A stretch of 64,000 nt of DNA from Betaproteobacteria bacterium (GCA_009923315.1 RFTU01000004.1:3187-67186); one strand, 5' to 3'. Numbered from the stretch's first letter, positions 1-9,889 are shown. Numbers and translations: made by a program. Notes: generated by a model from the letters alone, not told the origin.

Positions 1-827
1 AACACCACACATTCCACATCCCGCCCCACCGCGGTGAGGTCTTCGGCAGAAAGCGAATGGTCCACCCGCTCCACGTCCTGTTCGATGATGGGGCCTTCAT
101 CGAGGTCTGCCGTCACGTAGTGGGCGGTGGCGCCGATGAGCTTGACCCCGCGCGCATGCGCTTGGTAGTAGGGCTTGGCGCCTTTGAAGCTGGGCAGAAA
201 GCTGTGGTGGATGTTGATGGCGCGCCCATGCAAGGCCTGGCAGAACGCGGGCGAGAGGATTTGCATGTAGCGGGCCAAGACGATCAGGTCGATCCGTTCA
301 CGCTCGATCAGGGCCTCGATCACCTGTTCCTGTTCCCGCTTGGCTGCGGCGCTGCTGCCGGGCGCCAGGGGCAGGTGTTGGAAGGGGATGCCATAGCTGG
401 CGGCCAGGTCAGCGAAGTCGGGGTGATTGGACACGATCGCCGGAATATCCACGCCCAACTGCCCGCTCTTCCAGCGAAACAGCAAGTCGTTGAGGCAGTG
501 GCCGTGCTTGCTGACGAGCAAAAGCACGCGTGAGCGCTCACTCACGCAATGAAACGCCGCATCCATCTGGAACTGCACGCGCAAATGATCGAACCGTTCG
601 CTGAGCGTGCCGACATCGGCCAGATCGGGCGGCGCTTCGAAGTGCACCCGCATGAAGAACAGGCCGGTGGCGTCCTCGCCATGGACATCACCGAACTGCT
701 GGGAGTCCAGGATGTTGCAACCGGCTTGATACAGCAAGCCCGAGACCCCGTGCACGATGCCCTTGGTGTCGCGGCACGACAGCGTCAGCACGAACTCACG
801 AGAGCGAGTCGAATCGAATGGCGGCAT
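1..827 (-). CDS. purU: formyltetrahydrofolate deformylase; C-terminal end cut by the window edge
   Basis: The reverse-strand frame is open from the window edge to the ATG at 825-827. It is absent from the ORF track because there is no stop inside the window. My translation starts MPPFDSTRSREFVLTLSCRDTKGIVHGVSGLLYQAGCNILDSQQF (ACT-like N-terminus). It continues to INIHHSFLPSFKGAKPYYQAHARGVKLIGATAHYVTADLDEGPIIEQDVERV, the PurU formyltransferase core. Confidence 0.85.
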   Translation of the reverse strand, partial: MPPFDSTRSREFVLTLSCRDTKGIVHGVSGLLYQAGCNILDSQQFGDVHGEDATGLFFMRVHFEAPPDLADVGTLSERFDHLRVQFQMDAAFHCVSERSRVLLLVSKHGHCLNDLLFRWKSGQLGVDIPAIVSNHPDFADLAASYGIPFQHLPLAPGSSAAAKREQEQVIEALIERERIDLIVLARYMQILSPAFCQALHGRAINIHHSFLPSFKGAKPYYQAHARGVKLIGATAHYVTADLDEGPIIEQDVERVDHSLSAEDLTAVGRDVECVV

Positions 828-902
828 TGGCGAATTGTAGGGAGGCGTTCGCCGTGCGCGGTTCGCCCCGAGCGCCAAGCGCAGCGGCCCGGGGCCTGGA
901 GC

Positions 903-1115
903 TCAGTGCCCTTGGGCGATCTTCTCGCCTTCCTTGAGCCGGTACTCCGTGCCGCAATACGGACACTTGCCGTGCCCCTCGTGGCTGAGGTCGATGAACA
1001 CCTTGGGGTGGGCGCTCCACAGCGGCATGCGCGGGTTGGGGCAGAACACCACGCCTGGGCCGTGCAGGTCGGCCGCGGCCACTTCCACGATGGACTTCAC
1101 GTCTGACATGCTCAC
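903..1115 (-). CDS. small zinc-finger (CHCC-type) domain protein
   Basis: 70-aa ORF ending in HEGHGKCPYCGTEYRLKEG, a zinc-ribbon motif. Its start overlaps the ilvE stop by 4 nt, which suggests co-transcription. Confidence 0.6.
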   Translation of the reverse strand: MSMSDVKSIVEVAAADLHGPGVVFCPNPRMPLWSAHPKVFIDLSHEGHGKCPYCGTEYRLKEGEKIAQGH

Positions 1116-2035
1116 ACCTTGCTCAGCCAGTGCGCGTACTTCGGATTGCGCCCGTTGACGATGTCGAAGAAGGCGCTCTGGATCTTCTCGGTGATGGGCC
1201 CGCGCGAGCCGGAACCGATCTCGAGGCGGTCGAGTTCGCGTATGGGCGTGACCTCGGCGGCGGTACCAGTGAAAAAGGCTTCATCGCAAATGTAGACCTC
1301 GTCGCGGGTGATGCGCTTTTGCACGATCTCCAGGCCCAGGTCCTTGGCGATGTGGAAGATGGTGTTGCGGGTGATGCCGTTGAGTGCGCCTGCCGACAGG
1401 TCGGGCGTGTAGATCACGCCGCCCTTGATGACAAACAGGTTCTCACCCGCGCCCTCACTCACGAAGCCAGCCGAATCCAACAGCAGGGCTTCGTCATAAC
1501 CCTCATCCGTGGCTTCCATATTGGCCAGGATGGAGTTGGTGTAGTTGCTCACCGCCTTGGCCTGCGTCATCGTGATGTTCACATGGTGACGCGTGTAGCT
1601 GCTGGTCTTGACGCGGATGCCGCGCTTGAGGCCCTCTTCGCCCAGGTAGGCGCCCCAGGGCCAGGCCGCCACCATCAGGTGAATCTGGTTGCCCTTGGGC
1701 GAGACGCCGAGCTTTTCGCTGCCGATCCAGGTCAGCGGCCGCAGGTAGCAGCTTTCGAGCTTGTTTTCGCGCACCACGAGCTTCTGCGCTTGTTCCACCT
1801 GCTCGAGGGAGAAGGGGATCTTCATGCGCAAGATCTTGGCGCTGTTGAACAGCCGCTCGGTGTGCTCGCGCAGGCGGAAGATGGCGGTGCCATCGACGGT
1901 GTGGTAGGCGCGCACGCCCTCAAAGGCACCGCATCCGTAGTGCAGCGTGTGGGTGAGCACGTGGATCTTGGCGTCGCGCCAGTCGATCAACTGGCCGTCC
2001 ATCCAGATCTTGCCGTCGCGGTCGTCCATGCCCAT
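1112..2035 (-). CDS. ilvE: branched-chain amino acid aminotransferase
   Basis: 307 aa. The N-terminus KIWMDGQLIDWRDAKIHVLTHTLHYGCGAFEGVRAY and the overall length are typical of class IV PLP IlvE. Confidence 0.9.
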   Translation of the reverse strand: MGMDDRDGKIWMDGQLIDWRDAKIHVLTHTLHYGCGAFEGVRAYHTVDGTAIFRLREHTERLFNSAKILRMKIPFSLEQVEQAQKLVVRENKLESCYLRPLTWIGSEKLGVSPKGNQIHLMVAAWPWGAYLGEEGLKRGIRVKTSSYTRHHVNITMTQAKAVSNYTNSILANMEATDEGYDEALLLDSAGFVSEGAGENLFVIKGGVIYTPDLSAGALNGITRNTIFHIAKDLGLEIVQKRITRDEVYICDEAFFTGTAAEVTPIRELDRLEIGSGSRGPITEKIQSAFFDIVNGRNPKYAHWLSKV

Positions 2036-2131
2036 GTCAGGTCCTCGGGTGCTTTAGGGGGAAGCGCCGGATTCTAAAACCGGGCGGCTGGAGGGCTCAG
2101 GGCGCCGGCCGGTTCGTTGGCGGGGCCTTCC

Positions 2132-2563
2132 TCACCCCGCGTCGTCCGCCTGAGGGACCCGCACCAGCGCCGCCCCCACACAGCGCCCCCGCACGAAATC
2201 CACCACCAAGGCGTCACCGCCCCGGTCCCGCCATTCCCAGCTTTCCTGGGCGCCGGGACTGGCGTGGGGCAGGCGCTGGCCCAGGCTCTTGGTCTCACGC
2301 AACACGGCCAGCATCTTCATGCCGCGCTGAATACGGGTGTGCGCCATCAGCGCGCTGTCGACACTGGCCACCGGGTTGGTGGCCGCCGCGCGCATGACGC
2401 GCAGCGCGCGGCTGAATTGCAACAACAGCCAGAACACGATCATGGTGAAGGCCAGGAACACGCCGGGCCAGCCGTACAGGATGTGGCCCATGGCCACGGC
2501 CGCCACGGCCAAGCCCCAGCCGATCAGGGCCGAGCCGTTGAGCAGGAAGCGCTTGGGGTTCAT
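2132..2563 (-). CDS. hypothetical small membrane protein (two predicted TM helices)
   Basis: ORF 2132..2593. The likely start is MNPKRF at 2563. Hydrophobic stretches: LIGWGLAVAAVAMGHILYGW and GVFLAFTMIVFWLLLQF. I recognise no family. Confidence 0.4.
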   Translation of the reverse strand: MNPKRFLLNGSALIGWGLAVAAVAMGHILYGWPGVFLAFTMIVFWLLLQFSRALRVMRAAATNPVASVDSALMAHTRIQRGMKMLAVLRETKSLGQRLPHASPGAQESWEWRDRGGDALVVDFVRGRCVGAALVRVPQADDAG

Positions 2564-2592
2564 GGGGCCGATGTTAGCGACCGGGCGGCACA

Positions 2593-3354
2593 ATGCGCAC
2601 GGTGGACACGCTGCACACCTGGGTCATCAACCTCGACCGCGCGCCGCAGCGCTTGGAGCGCATCGGCGCGCAGCTTGATGCCCTGGGCGTGGCGTGGACC
2701 CGCTTCCCGGCGGTGGAGGGCAAGGGGGTGCCGGCCTCGGAGCAGGCGGCGCTGTTGGACCGTTCGGGCTTCGAGCGCCGCCACGGCATGACGCCGTCCT
2801 TGGGTGAGTTGGGCTGCTACTTGTCGCATGTGCGGCTGATGCAGGCCTTTCTGGACACGGCGCACGAATTCGCGCTGATCCTGGAAGACGATGCCCAACC
2901 CACGGCGGCATTGCCCGAGGTGCTGCGCGGCCTGATGGCAGCGCGTGGGCGTTGGGACATGGTGAAGCTGTCGGCCATCCACAGCGGCTCGCCCATTGGC
3001 GTGATGGCGTTGGGGCCGGGGCATCAACTGGGCGTGATGTTCAGCCGCTGCACCGGCTCTTCTGCTTATGTGATCAACCGCGCGGCGGCGCAGCGCTATG
3101 TGCAGCGCCTGCTGCCCATGCAGCTGCCCTACGACCATGCCTACGACCGGGGTTGGGTGTACGGCTTGAAGGTGCGGCGGGTGTTCCCTGAGGTGTGCGT
3201 GCACGACGACCAGGTGGAGTCGACCATCGGCAATCCTGGTCCTTCAAGGAAGTTTGTGTGGAACCGTCGGTTGCCGACCTACGCGCATCGACTGGGCACA
3301 GAGCTGCAGCGCTTCGGCTATGGCGTGGCGCAACTGCTGTGGCATCGATCGTGA
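2593..3354 (+). CDS. glycosyltransferase family 25 (LPS/LOS biosynthesis type)
   Basis: 253 aa. The N-terminus TWVINLDRAPQRLERIGAQLDALGVAWTRFPAVEG and the motifs GELGCYLSHVRLMQ and ILEDD are typical of GT25. Confidence 0.75.
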   Translation: MRTVDTLHTWVINLDRAPQRLERIGAQLDALGVAWTRFPAVEGKGVPASEQAALLDRSGFERRHGMTPSLGELGCYLSHVRLMQAFLDTAHEFALILEDDAQPTAALPEVLRGLMAARGRWDMVKLSAIHSGSPIGVMALGPGHQLGVMFSRCTGSSAYVINRAAAQRYVQRLLPMQLPYDHAYDRGWVYGLKVRRVFPEVCVHDDQVESTIGNPGPSRKFVWNRRLPTYAHRLGTELQRFGYGVAQLLWHRS

Positions 3355-3370
3355 ACGCGGGGCTGGGGGG

Positions 3371-3433
3371 CCGAGCCCCGAGTGCCGAGTGCCGAGTGCC
3401 GAGCGCCGAGCCCCTAGTGCCGAGTGCCGAGTG
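3371..3433. repeat. tandem heptanucleotide repeat, about 9 units of CCGAGYG
   Basis: Read directly: ccgagcc ccgagtg ccgagtg ccgagtg ccgagcg ccgagcc cctagtg ccgagtg ccgagtg. It lies in the convergent intergenic gap between the GT25 stop (3354) and the radA stop (3455). Confidence 0.9.
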
Positions 3434-3454
3434 CCCCGCCCACCGCCGCGCCCA

Positions 3455-4816
3455 TCAAAAGCCCCTGACCAAGCCCATCGCCTCTTCGATTCGCTCCACC
3501 CCGTAGACGGTGAGCCCCTCGATGGGCTTCTTCGGGAGGTTGGCCTTGGGCACGATGGCCGTGGCAAAGCCCAGCTTGGCGGCTTCCTTTAGGCGTTCCT
3601 GACCGCGCGGGGCGGGGCGCACCTCGCCGGCCAGTCCGACTTCCCCAAAGGCCATGAAGCCGCGCGGAAGGGCCCGCGCGCGCAGGCTGCTTTGGATGGC
3701 CAAGAGCACCGACAGATCGGCTGCCGGCTCGCTGATCCGAACGCCGCCCACGGCGTTCACGAAGACATCCTGGTCCATGCAGGCCATGCCGGCATGACGA
3801 TGCAGCACCGCCAGCAGCATGGCCAGCCGGTCGCGTTCCAGGCCGACCGATAGGCGCCGCGGTGAGGGTCCGCCGCTGTCCACCAGAGCCTGGATTTCCA
3901 CCAGCAGGGGGCGCGTGCCCTCAAGGGTGACCAGCACGCAGGACCCGGGCACCGGCGCTTCGTGGGTGGACAGAAAGATGGCGCTGGGGTTGGTCACGCC
4001 CTTCAGGCCCTTTTCCGTCATGGCGAACACACCGATTTCGTTGACCGCGCCGAAGCGATTCTTGATGGCGCGCACCAAGCGGAAGCTGGAGTGTGCGTCG
4101 CCCTCAAAGTACAGCACCGTGTCCACGATGTGTTCCAGCACCCGAGGCCCGGCCAGCGCGCCTTCCTTGGTGACATGGCCCACCAGCACCATGGCGCAGC
4201 CGGTGGCCTTGGCGGTGCGGGTGAGGTGGGCCGCACATTCGCGCACCTGGGCCACCGAACCCGGGGCGCTGCTGAGCTGATCGGAATACAGGGTTTGGAT
4301 GGAGTCGATGATCACGAAGGCGGGTTCGTGCTGAGCGATGGCGGCCAAGACACGCTCGAGCTGGATTTCCGCCAGCACCTGCACATTGGCGCCCGACAGG
4401 CCCAGGCGCCGCGCACGCAGCGACACTTGCGCACCGCTTTCCTCGCCGGTGACATACAGCACTTGGAGTTGGGCGCTCAGAGATTCGGCTGCCTGCAACA
4501 GCAGGGTGCTCTTGCCGATGCCGGGGTCTCCGCCGATCAACACCACGCCGCCGGGCACGATGCCCCCGCCGAGCACGCGGTCGAGTTCGTCCTGGCCAGT
4601 GGGGGTGCGCTGCACGTCCTGCGCTTCGATGTCGGCCAGGCGCGCCACCGGGGCGCTTCGGGCCAGGGCTTCGAAGCGGTTCTTGCCGGCCGTGGCGCTG
4701 GGAGCGGCGGTTTCGGTGAGGGTGTTCCAGGCCTGGCAATGGGGGCATTGGCCCAGCCACTTCGGTGTGGTGCCGCCGCAGTCGCTGCAGGTGTAGAGGG
4801 ATTTGTCTTTGGCCAT
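3455..4816 (-). CDS. radA: DNA repair protein RadA
   Basis: 453 aa. It has the N-terminal zinc finger YTCSDCGGTTPKWLGQCPHCQAWNT, the Walker A motif GGDPGIGKST and a Lon-like C-terminal domain. Confidence 0.95.
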   Translation of the reverse strand: MAKDKSLYTCSDCGGTTPKWLGQCPHCQAWNTLTETAAPSATAGKNRFEALARSAPVARLADIEAQDVQRTPTGQDELDRVLGGGIVPGGVVLIGGDPGIGKSTLLLQAAESLSAQLQVLYVTGEESGAQVSLRARRLGLSGANVQVLAEIQLERVLAAIAQHEPAFVIIDSIQTLYSDQLSSAPGSVAQVRECAAHLTRTAKATGCAMVLVGHVTKEGALAGPRVLEHIVDTVLYFEGDAHSSFRLVRAIKNRFGAVNEIGVFAMTEKGLKGVTNPSAIFLSTHEAPVPGSCVLVTLEGTRPLLVEIQALVDSGGPSPRRLSVGLERDRLAMLLAVLHRHAGMACMDQDVFVNAVGGVRISEPAADLSVLLAIQSSLRARALPRGFMAFGEVGLAGEVRPAPRGQERLKEAAKLGFATAIVPKANLPKKPIEGLTVYGVERIEEAMGLVRGF

Positions 4817-4924
4817 GTGGTGATGATGCCCCGCAAGAGGCTCATGCGATGAGCCCGTTGGCGAGCACAGCGCAGAGAACGCGACGCCTAGTGGCCAGCC
4901 TAGCCTACCAGCTGGTCAGGGCCT

Positions 4925-5347
4925 TCACACGTCGCGCCTGCCCTGGCCCACGCGAGCCCGAAGCGCCTTGGTGCGGGCACGGATGGCTTTGGCATCCAGT
5001 CGCTGCCGAACCGAACGGCGCGTCGGCCGCGTGGTGCGGCGGGTGGCGGGGATATGGGCGGCTTGCTCCAGCAGCTCCAGCAGGCGCCGGATGGCGGCTT
5101 CGCGGTTCATGGGTAGGCTGCGGTGTTCCTGTGCCTTGATCACCACCATGCCTTCGCGGGAGACGCGCTGGTCGCCAAGGGCCATGACGCGTGACTTCAG
5201 CAGGTCAGGCAGTGATGATGCGCGGACATCAAAGCGCAGCATCACGGCGTTGCTCACTTTGTTGACGTTCTGCCCGCCCGCGCCTTGTGCGCGGATGGCA
5301 CTGAATTCCAGCTCTTGCGGGCTGAGGTGGAAGGCGATGGAGGGCAT
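4925..5347 (-). CDS. arfB: alternative ribosome rescue factor ArfB (peptidyl-tRNA hydrolase, YaeJ family)
   Basis: Within ORF 4925..5452. Starting at MPSIAF gives 140 aa. It has the GGQ motif (RAQGAGGQNVNKVSNAV) and a basic C-terminal tail. Confidence 0.85.
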   Translation of the reverse strand: MPSIAFHLSPQELEFSAIRAQGAGGQNVNKVSNAVMLRFDVRASSLPDLLKSRVMALGDQRVSREGMVVIKAQEHRSLPMNREAAIRRLLELLEQAAHIPATRRTTRPTRRSVRQRLDAKAIRARTKALRARVGQGRRDV

Positions 5348-5426
5348 GGCGGGGGTTGGGGGCTCTGTGCGATTGCGGTGTGGCAGCCGGGCGTTGGCAG
5401 GCGGTGCGGGCCATTGAACGCTTGAA

Positions 5427-6542
5427 TCAGTCCGCGACCTCCACAGGCACACGCTGAGCCAAGGCGCACATCAGCTCATAGCCAATGGTGCCGGCGGCAT
5501 GGGCCACTTCGTCGATGGGCAGCACCGAGCCGTGTTCCCCACCAACCGGCCCACAACCCCACAGCGTGACTTCACTGCCCAAGCCCGCTTGCGGCACCGG
5601 GGTCAGGTCCACCGTGATCATGTCCATGCTCACGCGGCCCACCAGCGCGCAGCGCACGCCATCGACCAACACCGGCGTGCCGGAGGGCGCGTGGCGCGGG
5701 TAACCATCGGCGTAGCCGCAGGCGACGATGCCGATGCGCACAGCCTGTGCCGCGGTGTAGGTGCTGCCATAGCCCACGGTGTCCCCGGGCTGAAGGTGCT
5801 GGATGCCGATGAGCCGACTGCGCAGGGTCATGGTGGGCTTCAGGCCCCAGGATTCAATCGACCCGGCGGGTGCGTCGGGCGCGCTGCCATAGAGCATGAT
5901 GCCCGCACGCACCCAGTCCGCGGCGACGCCCGCGGCCGCTGTATGTCGCAACACGGCCGCACTGTTGGCCAGGCTGCGTTCGCCGGGCAGGTCGGCGGTG
6001 GCGCGCGCGAAAACCTGCACCTGATGGGCCACGCCACGCGGGCCATCGGCATCGGAGAAGTGGGTCATCAGGGAGATTTCATCCACCTGCGGCAGGGCGT
6101 TCAAGCGGGCCCACGCACTGCGCAGCGCCGCTTCCGGGAAGCCCAGCCGGTTCATCCCGCTGTTCATCTTCAGGAACACGCGGTGCGGCACATGGGTTTT
6201 GTGCGCGGCCAGCCAATCGATCTGCTCGGCGGTGTGCACCACATGCCACAGGCTCAGGCGCGAGCACTGTTCCAGGTCGCGCGGCTCGAAGCAGCCCTCA
6301 AGCAGCAGGATGGGTCCACGCCAATCGAGCGCGCGCAGGCGTTGGGCCTCTTCCAAATCCAGCAGCGCGAAGCCGTCGGCGCGCCGCAGCCCCTGGAAGG
6401 CGCGCTCCAGCCCATGGCCGTAGGCATTGGCCTTGACCACCGCCCACACCCGCGAATCGGGCACGCGCTGGCGGGCCACGGCCAGGTTGTGGGCCAGGGC
6501 GGCGGTGTGGATGAGGGCCTGAATGGGGCGCGGCATGGGCAT
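5427..6542 (-). CDS. alr: alanine racemase
   Basis: Within ORF 5427..6680. Starting at MPMPRPIQ gives about 372 aa. The PLP-lysine motif is [11 protein letters not shown]. Confidence 0.9.
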   Translation of the reverse strand: MPMPRPIQALIHTAALAHNLAVARQRVPDSRVWAVVKANAYGHGLERAFQGLRRADGFALLDLEEAQRLRALDWRGPILLLEGCFEPRDLEQCSRLSLWHVVHTAEQIDWLAAHKTHVPHRVFLKMNSGMNRLGFPEAALRSAWARLNALPQVDEISLMTHFSDADGPRGVAHQVQVFARATADLPGERSLANSAAVLRHTAAAGVAADWVRAGIMLYGSAPDAPAGSIESWGLKPTMTLRSRLIGIQHLQPGDTVGYGSTYTAAQAVRIGIVACGYADGYPRHAPSGTPVLVDGVRCALVGRVSMDMITVDLTPVPQAGLGSEVTLWGCGPVGGEHGSVLPIDEVAHAAGTIGYELMCALAQRVPVEVAD

Positions 6543-6712
6543 GATCCTACCGACTACCCAGACCACAGTCCTACGGTTTGTCAGGTCTTCGCGCCGCGTG
6601 GCGTGGGTGCTGCCCGGGCTGGGTGCTATAAACCGCCCCGGGCTGGCGCGCGCGGCGTGGGTGGCCTTCGGTTCGCCCACCGGCTTCTTCCAACGTCTCG
6701 TTGCGCACTCGC

Positions 6713-7330
6713 ATGGAAGTTTTCGATTTCCTCATGCCCATCTTCACGGAATACGGCTACATCGCCGTGTTCGTGATGCTGCTGATCTGCGGCTTCGGCG
6801 TGCCGGTGCCTGAGGACGTGACCTTGGTCACCGGAGGCGTCATCGCCGGTCTGGGCTATGCGGACCCGCATGTGATGTTTGCCGTCGGTATGGCCGGCGT
6901 GTTGGTGGGTGATGGCCTGATCTTCACCTTGGGCCGCGTGTACGGCCAGCGCATTCAGACCCTGCCGGGCTTTCGCAAGGTGCTCACGCCTGAGCGCTTC
7001 GAGAAGGCGGCACAGTTGTTCCAGAAATACGGCAAGTGGGTGATGTTCGTGGCCCGCTTCCTGCCGGGGTTGCGCACGCCGGTGTTCTTCAGCGCCGGCA
7101 TGTCGCGGCGCGTGCCCTTCACCACCTGGCTGATGATGGATGGGTTCGCCGCCGCCATCAGCGTGCCGATCTGGGTGTACCTGGGTTACTTTGGCGCGCT
7201 CAACCGCGACTGGATGTTCAGCGTGCTGCGCCAGTTCCAGGTGGGCATCTTCGTGCTGTTGGGCATCGGTGCCCTCGTGGGGGGGGTGATCTGGTGGCGC
7301 CGACGCAAGGCCTCGCAGCCTCAGCCTTAG
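6713..7330 (+). CDS. DedA family membrane protein
   Basis: ORF 6701..7330. The N-terminus is [30 protein letters not shown] and the internal motif [18 protein letters not shown] is typical of DedA. The start is either M1 or MEVFDF. Confidence 0.8.
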   Translation: MEVFDFLMPIFTEYGYIAVFVMLLICGFGVPVPEDVTLVTGGVIAGLGYADPHVMFAVGMAGVLVGDGLIFTLGRVYGQRIQTLPGFRKVLTPERFEKAAQLFQKYGKWVMFVARFLPGLRTPVFFSAGMSRRVPFTTWLMMDGFAAAISVPIWVYLGYFGALNRDWMFSVLRQFQVGIFVLLGIGALVGGVIWWRRRKASQPQP

Positions 7331-8178
7331 TCCTGAACGCGTTGGTGTGGGGTTTGTCGTGGTGGCCGTTTCGCCACCTCGACGAACAGGGCCTGCACCC
7401 GCTGTGGGCCACCACCTTGGTGTATGCGGCCATTTCGGCGCTGCTGCTGGCGGCGCGTCCGCGCAGCGTGGTGGAACTGCTGCGGCCCAGCGCCTTGTGG
7501 GTGCTGGTGGCCGCAGCCGGCACCACCAACGCCGCCTTCAACTGGGCGGTGAGCATCGGTGATGTGGTGCGCGTGGTGCTGCTGTTCTATCTGATGCCGC
7601 TGTGGGCCGTTTTGTTGGCGCGCTGGCTGCTCAACGAAGCCGTGACGCCGCGGGCGCTGCTGCGGGTGGCCCTGGGCCTGGCCGGTGCGGTGATCGTGCT
7701 GTGGCCCGAAGGTGGCAAGGCGCACGCTTCCCCGTTCATGGCGGCCTTCAGTTTGTCCGATGCACTGGCCATCGTGGGGGGCTTCTCTTTCGCACTGAAC
7801 AACATCATGGTGCGCCGAGAACAGGCGCGCAGCGAGGCCGCGCGGGCGGCGGCCATGTTCATCGGCGGGGCGCTGATCGCCGGTGTGGTGGGCCTGGCGC
7901 TGCAGCAGGCGGGTTCGGTGCCGGCGCCGCGCTGGGATGCGGCAGCGCAGTGGTGGCCCTGGGCCCTGGGTTTGAGCGCGGCCTTCCTGGCGGCCAATTT
8001 GAGCCTGCAGTACGGCGCCTCGCGGTTGCCGGCACACCGGACGGCGGTGATCATGCTCACCGAGGTGCTCTTTGCCTCGGCGTCGGCCGTGGCGCTGGGT
8101 GCGGGCACCTTGGGCCCGGCGCTGCTGGTGGGTGGGGCGTGCATCCTGGCGTCGGCGTGGCTGGCGGCCTGGGACTGA
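7294..8178 (+). CDS. EamA/DMT family transporter
   Basis: This is the C-terminal about 294 codons of ORF 7036..8178. The protein is multi-TM with ALVWGLSWWPF near the N-terminus. I chose the GTG at 7294 because the upstream part of the ORF overlaps dedA in another frame. The start is uncertain. Confidence 0.6.
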   Translation: MAPTQGLAASALVLNALVWGLSWWPFRHLDEQGLHPLWATTLVYAAISALLLAARPRSVVELLRPSALWVLVAAAGTTNAAFNWAVSIGDVVRVVLLFYLMPLWAVLLARWLLNEAVTPRALLRVALGLAGAVIVLWPEGGKAHASPFMAAFSLSDALAIVGGFSFALNNIMVRREQARSEAARAAAMFIGGALIAGVVGLALQQAGSVPAPRWDAAAQWWPWALGLSAAFLAANLSLQYGASRLPAHRTAVIMLTEVLFASASAVALGAGTLGPALLVGGACILASAWLAAWD

Positions 8179-8234
8179 GCCCAGCCCAGACCCCATCGCT
8201 GCGCTTGGATGCGACGCTGCATTACGATCACTGC

Positions 8235-8720
8235 ATGAACAAGACCCTCAGCGATTTCGAGGCCATCGACATCACGGGCAAGTCCGTGCGCATGGCCGAC
8301 TTCAAGGACCGCGTGGTGCTGGTGGTGAACACCGCCAGCGCCTGCGGCTTCACCCCCCAATTCGGCGGGCTGGAAGCACTCTGGAAGCGCTATGGCGGGC
8401 GCGGGCTCACGGTGGTGGGTTTCCCCTGCAACCAGTTCGGCGGGCAAGACCCGAAAGACAACGCCGACATCGCCTCGTTTTGCCAGGTCAACTACGGCGT
8501 CACCTTCCCGATGATGGCCAAGGTGGAGGTCAATGGTGCCCACGCACACCCCCTGTTCCAGTGGCTCAAGCACGAGGCGCCGGGCCTGTTGGGCTCTGAA
8601 GGCATCAAGTGGAATTTCACGAAATTCCTGGTCGGGCGTGATGGGTGCGTGATCCGCCGCTACGCCCCGCAGGACGCGCCGGCCAAGCTGGCCAGCGACA
8701 TCGAAGCGGCACTGGGCTGA
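8235..8720 (+). CDS. glutathione peroxidase (Cys type)
   Basis: The ATG at 8235 lies inside ORF 7602..8720. The 161-aa product contains VLVVNTASACGFTPQF, FPCNQFGGQ and IKWNFTKFLV, the GPx signatures. Confidence 0.9.
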   Translation: MNKTLSDFEAIDITGKSVRMADFKDRVVLVVNTASACGFTPQFGGLEALWKRYGGRGLTVVGFPCNQFGGQDPKDNADIASFCQVNYGVTFPMMAKVEVNGAHAHPLFQWLKHEAPGLLGSEGIKWNFTKFLVGRDGCVIRRYAPQDAPAKLASDIEAALG

Positions 8721-8723
8721 GCC

Positions 8724-9889
8724 ATGTTTGAGCACATCACCCCCTACGCGGGCGACCCCATCTTCGCGTTGGTGGATGCCTTCAACCAGGACCCTCGACC
8801 GAACAAGGTCAACCTGTCCATCGGCATCTATTTCGACGAGCAGGGTCGGTTGCCGGTGCTTCAGTGCGTGCAGGAAGCGGAAAAGCGCATCCTGGCCGAA
8901 GGGGGGGCCAAGCCCTATCTGCCCATGGAAGGTCAGGCGGCTTGCCGCACGCAGGTGGCGCATCTGCTCTTGGGTGCGCAGCATCCGGCCCTGGCCGAAG
9001 GCCGTGTCGCCACCATCCAGACCGTGGGCTCTTCCGGCGGCTTGAAGGTGGGCGCGGACTTCCTGCGCACCTGGCTGCCCGAGAGCGCCGTGTGGGTGAG
9101 TCGATGTTCGAGGGCAGCGGCTTCACGGTCAACCACTACCCCTACTACGACGCGGCCACCGGGGGCCTGCGCTTTGAGGACATGCTGGCCTGCCTGAAGG
9201 GCCTGCCCGCGCGCAGCATCGTGCTGCTGCACGCCTGCTGCCACAACCCCACCGGAGTGGACCTCACGCCGGGGCAGTGGGACGCGTTGATACCGGTGCT
9301 GCGTGAGCGTGAATTGCTGCCGTACCTGGACCTGGCGTATCAGGGCTTTGGCGACGGGATCGCCGAAGATGCGCACTCGGTGCGGGCGCTGGCCGCCTCA
9401 GGGCTGACGTTCTTCGTGGCCAATTCCTTTTCCAAGAGCATGAGCGTGTATGGCGAGCGCTGTGGGGCCTTGTCGGCCGTGTGCGCCAGCAAGGCCGAGG
9501 CCGACCTGGTGATGGGGCAGTTGCGCTACACGGTGCGCCGCCTCTATTCCAGCCCGGCCATCCACGCGGCCCGTCTGGTGGAGCATGTGTTGGGAGACGC
9601 TGACCTCAGGGCGATGTGGGAGGGTGAGCTGGCCCAGATGCGCTTGCGCATGATCGAGGTGCGCAAGGCCCTGCACGCGCGCCTGAGCGCCCTGCGGCCC
9701 GACCGCGACTTCGGCTTTCTGCTCAGTCAGCGCGGCATGTTCAGCTACACCGGCTTGAGCGCCGCGCAGGTGGACCGCTTGCGGGATGACCATGCGGTGT
9801 ACCTCATCCGCTCTGGGCGCCTGTGTGTGGCCGGGTTGACTCAGGGCAATGTGGACCGCGTGGCGCAGGCCTTGGCGCAGGTGGTGTGA
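8724..9889 (+). pseudogene. aromatic/aspartate aminotransferase (TyrB/AspC class I) disrupted by an internal deletion and frameshift near 9100
   Basis: The N-terminal part is ORF 8724..9197 (MFEHITPYAGDPIF...GGLKVGADFLRTWLPESAVWVS). The remainder is in another frame, ORF 8864..9889 (SMFEGSGFTVNHYPYYD...NSFSKSMSVYGERCGAL...SSP...). The conserved DP(S/T)WxNH segment expected between VWVS and the continuation is missing. The frame changes at about 9101. Confidence 0.75.

Noticed and set aside
3371-3433. CRISPR-like array
   Set aside because: The units are 7 nt and directly abutting, with no spacers. No cas genes are in the window.
3195-3567. ORFs 3195..3506 (+) and 3244..3567 (-) running through the heptamer repeat, giving repetitive peptides such as SAECRVPSAE
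   Set aside because: They lie between two convergent, well-supported genes and partly overlap both. Their composition is dictated by the repeat, and there are no start or RBS signals. The region is treated as non-coding repeat.
7036-7293. N-terminal 86 codons of ORF 7036..8178 as part of the EamA transporter
   Set aside because: This part overlaps the well-supported dedA gene in another frame and translates to Arg/Gly/His-rich sequence without TM helices. An internal GTG start at 7294 gives a normal-length EamA protein.
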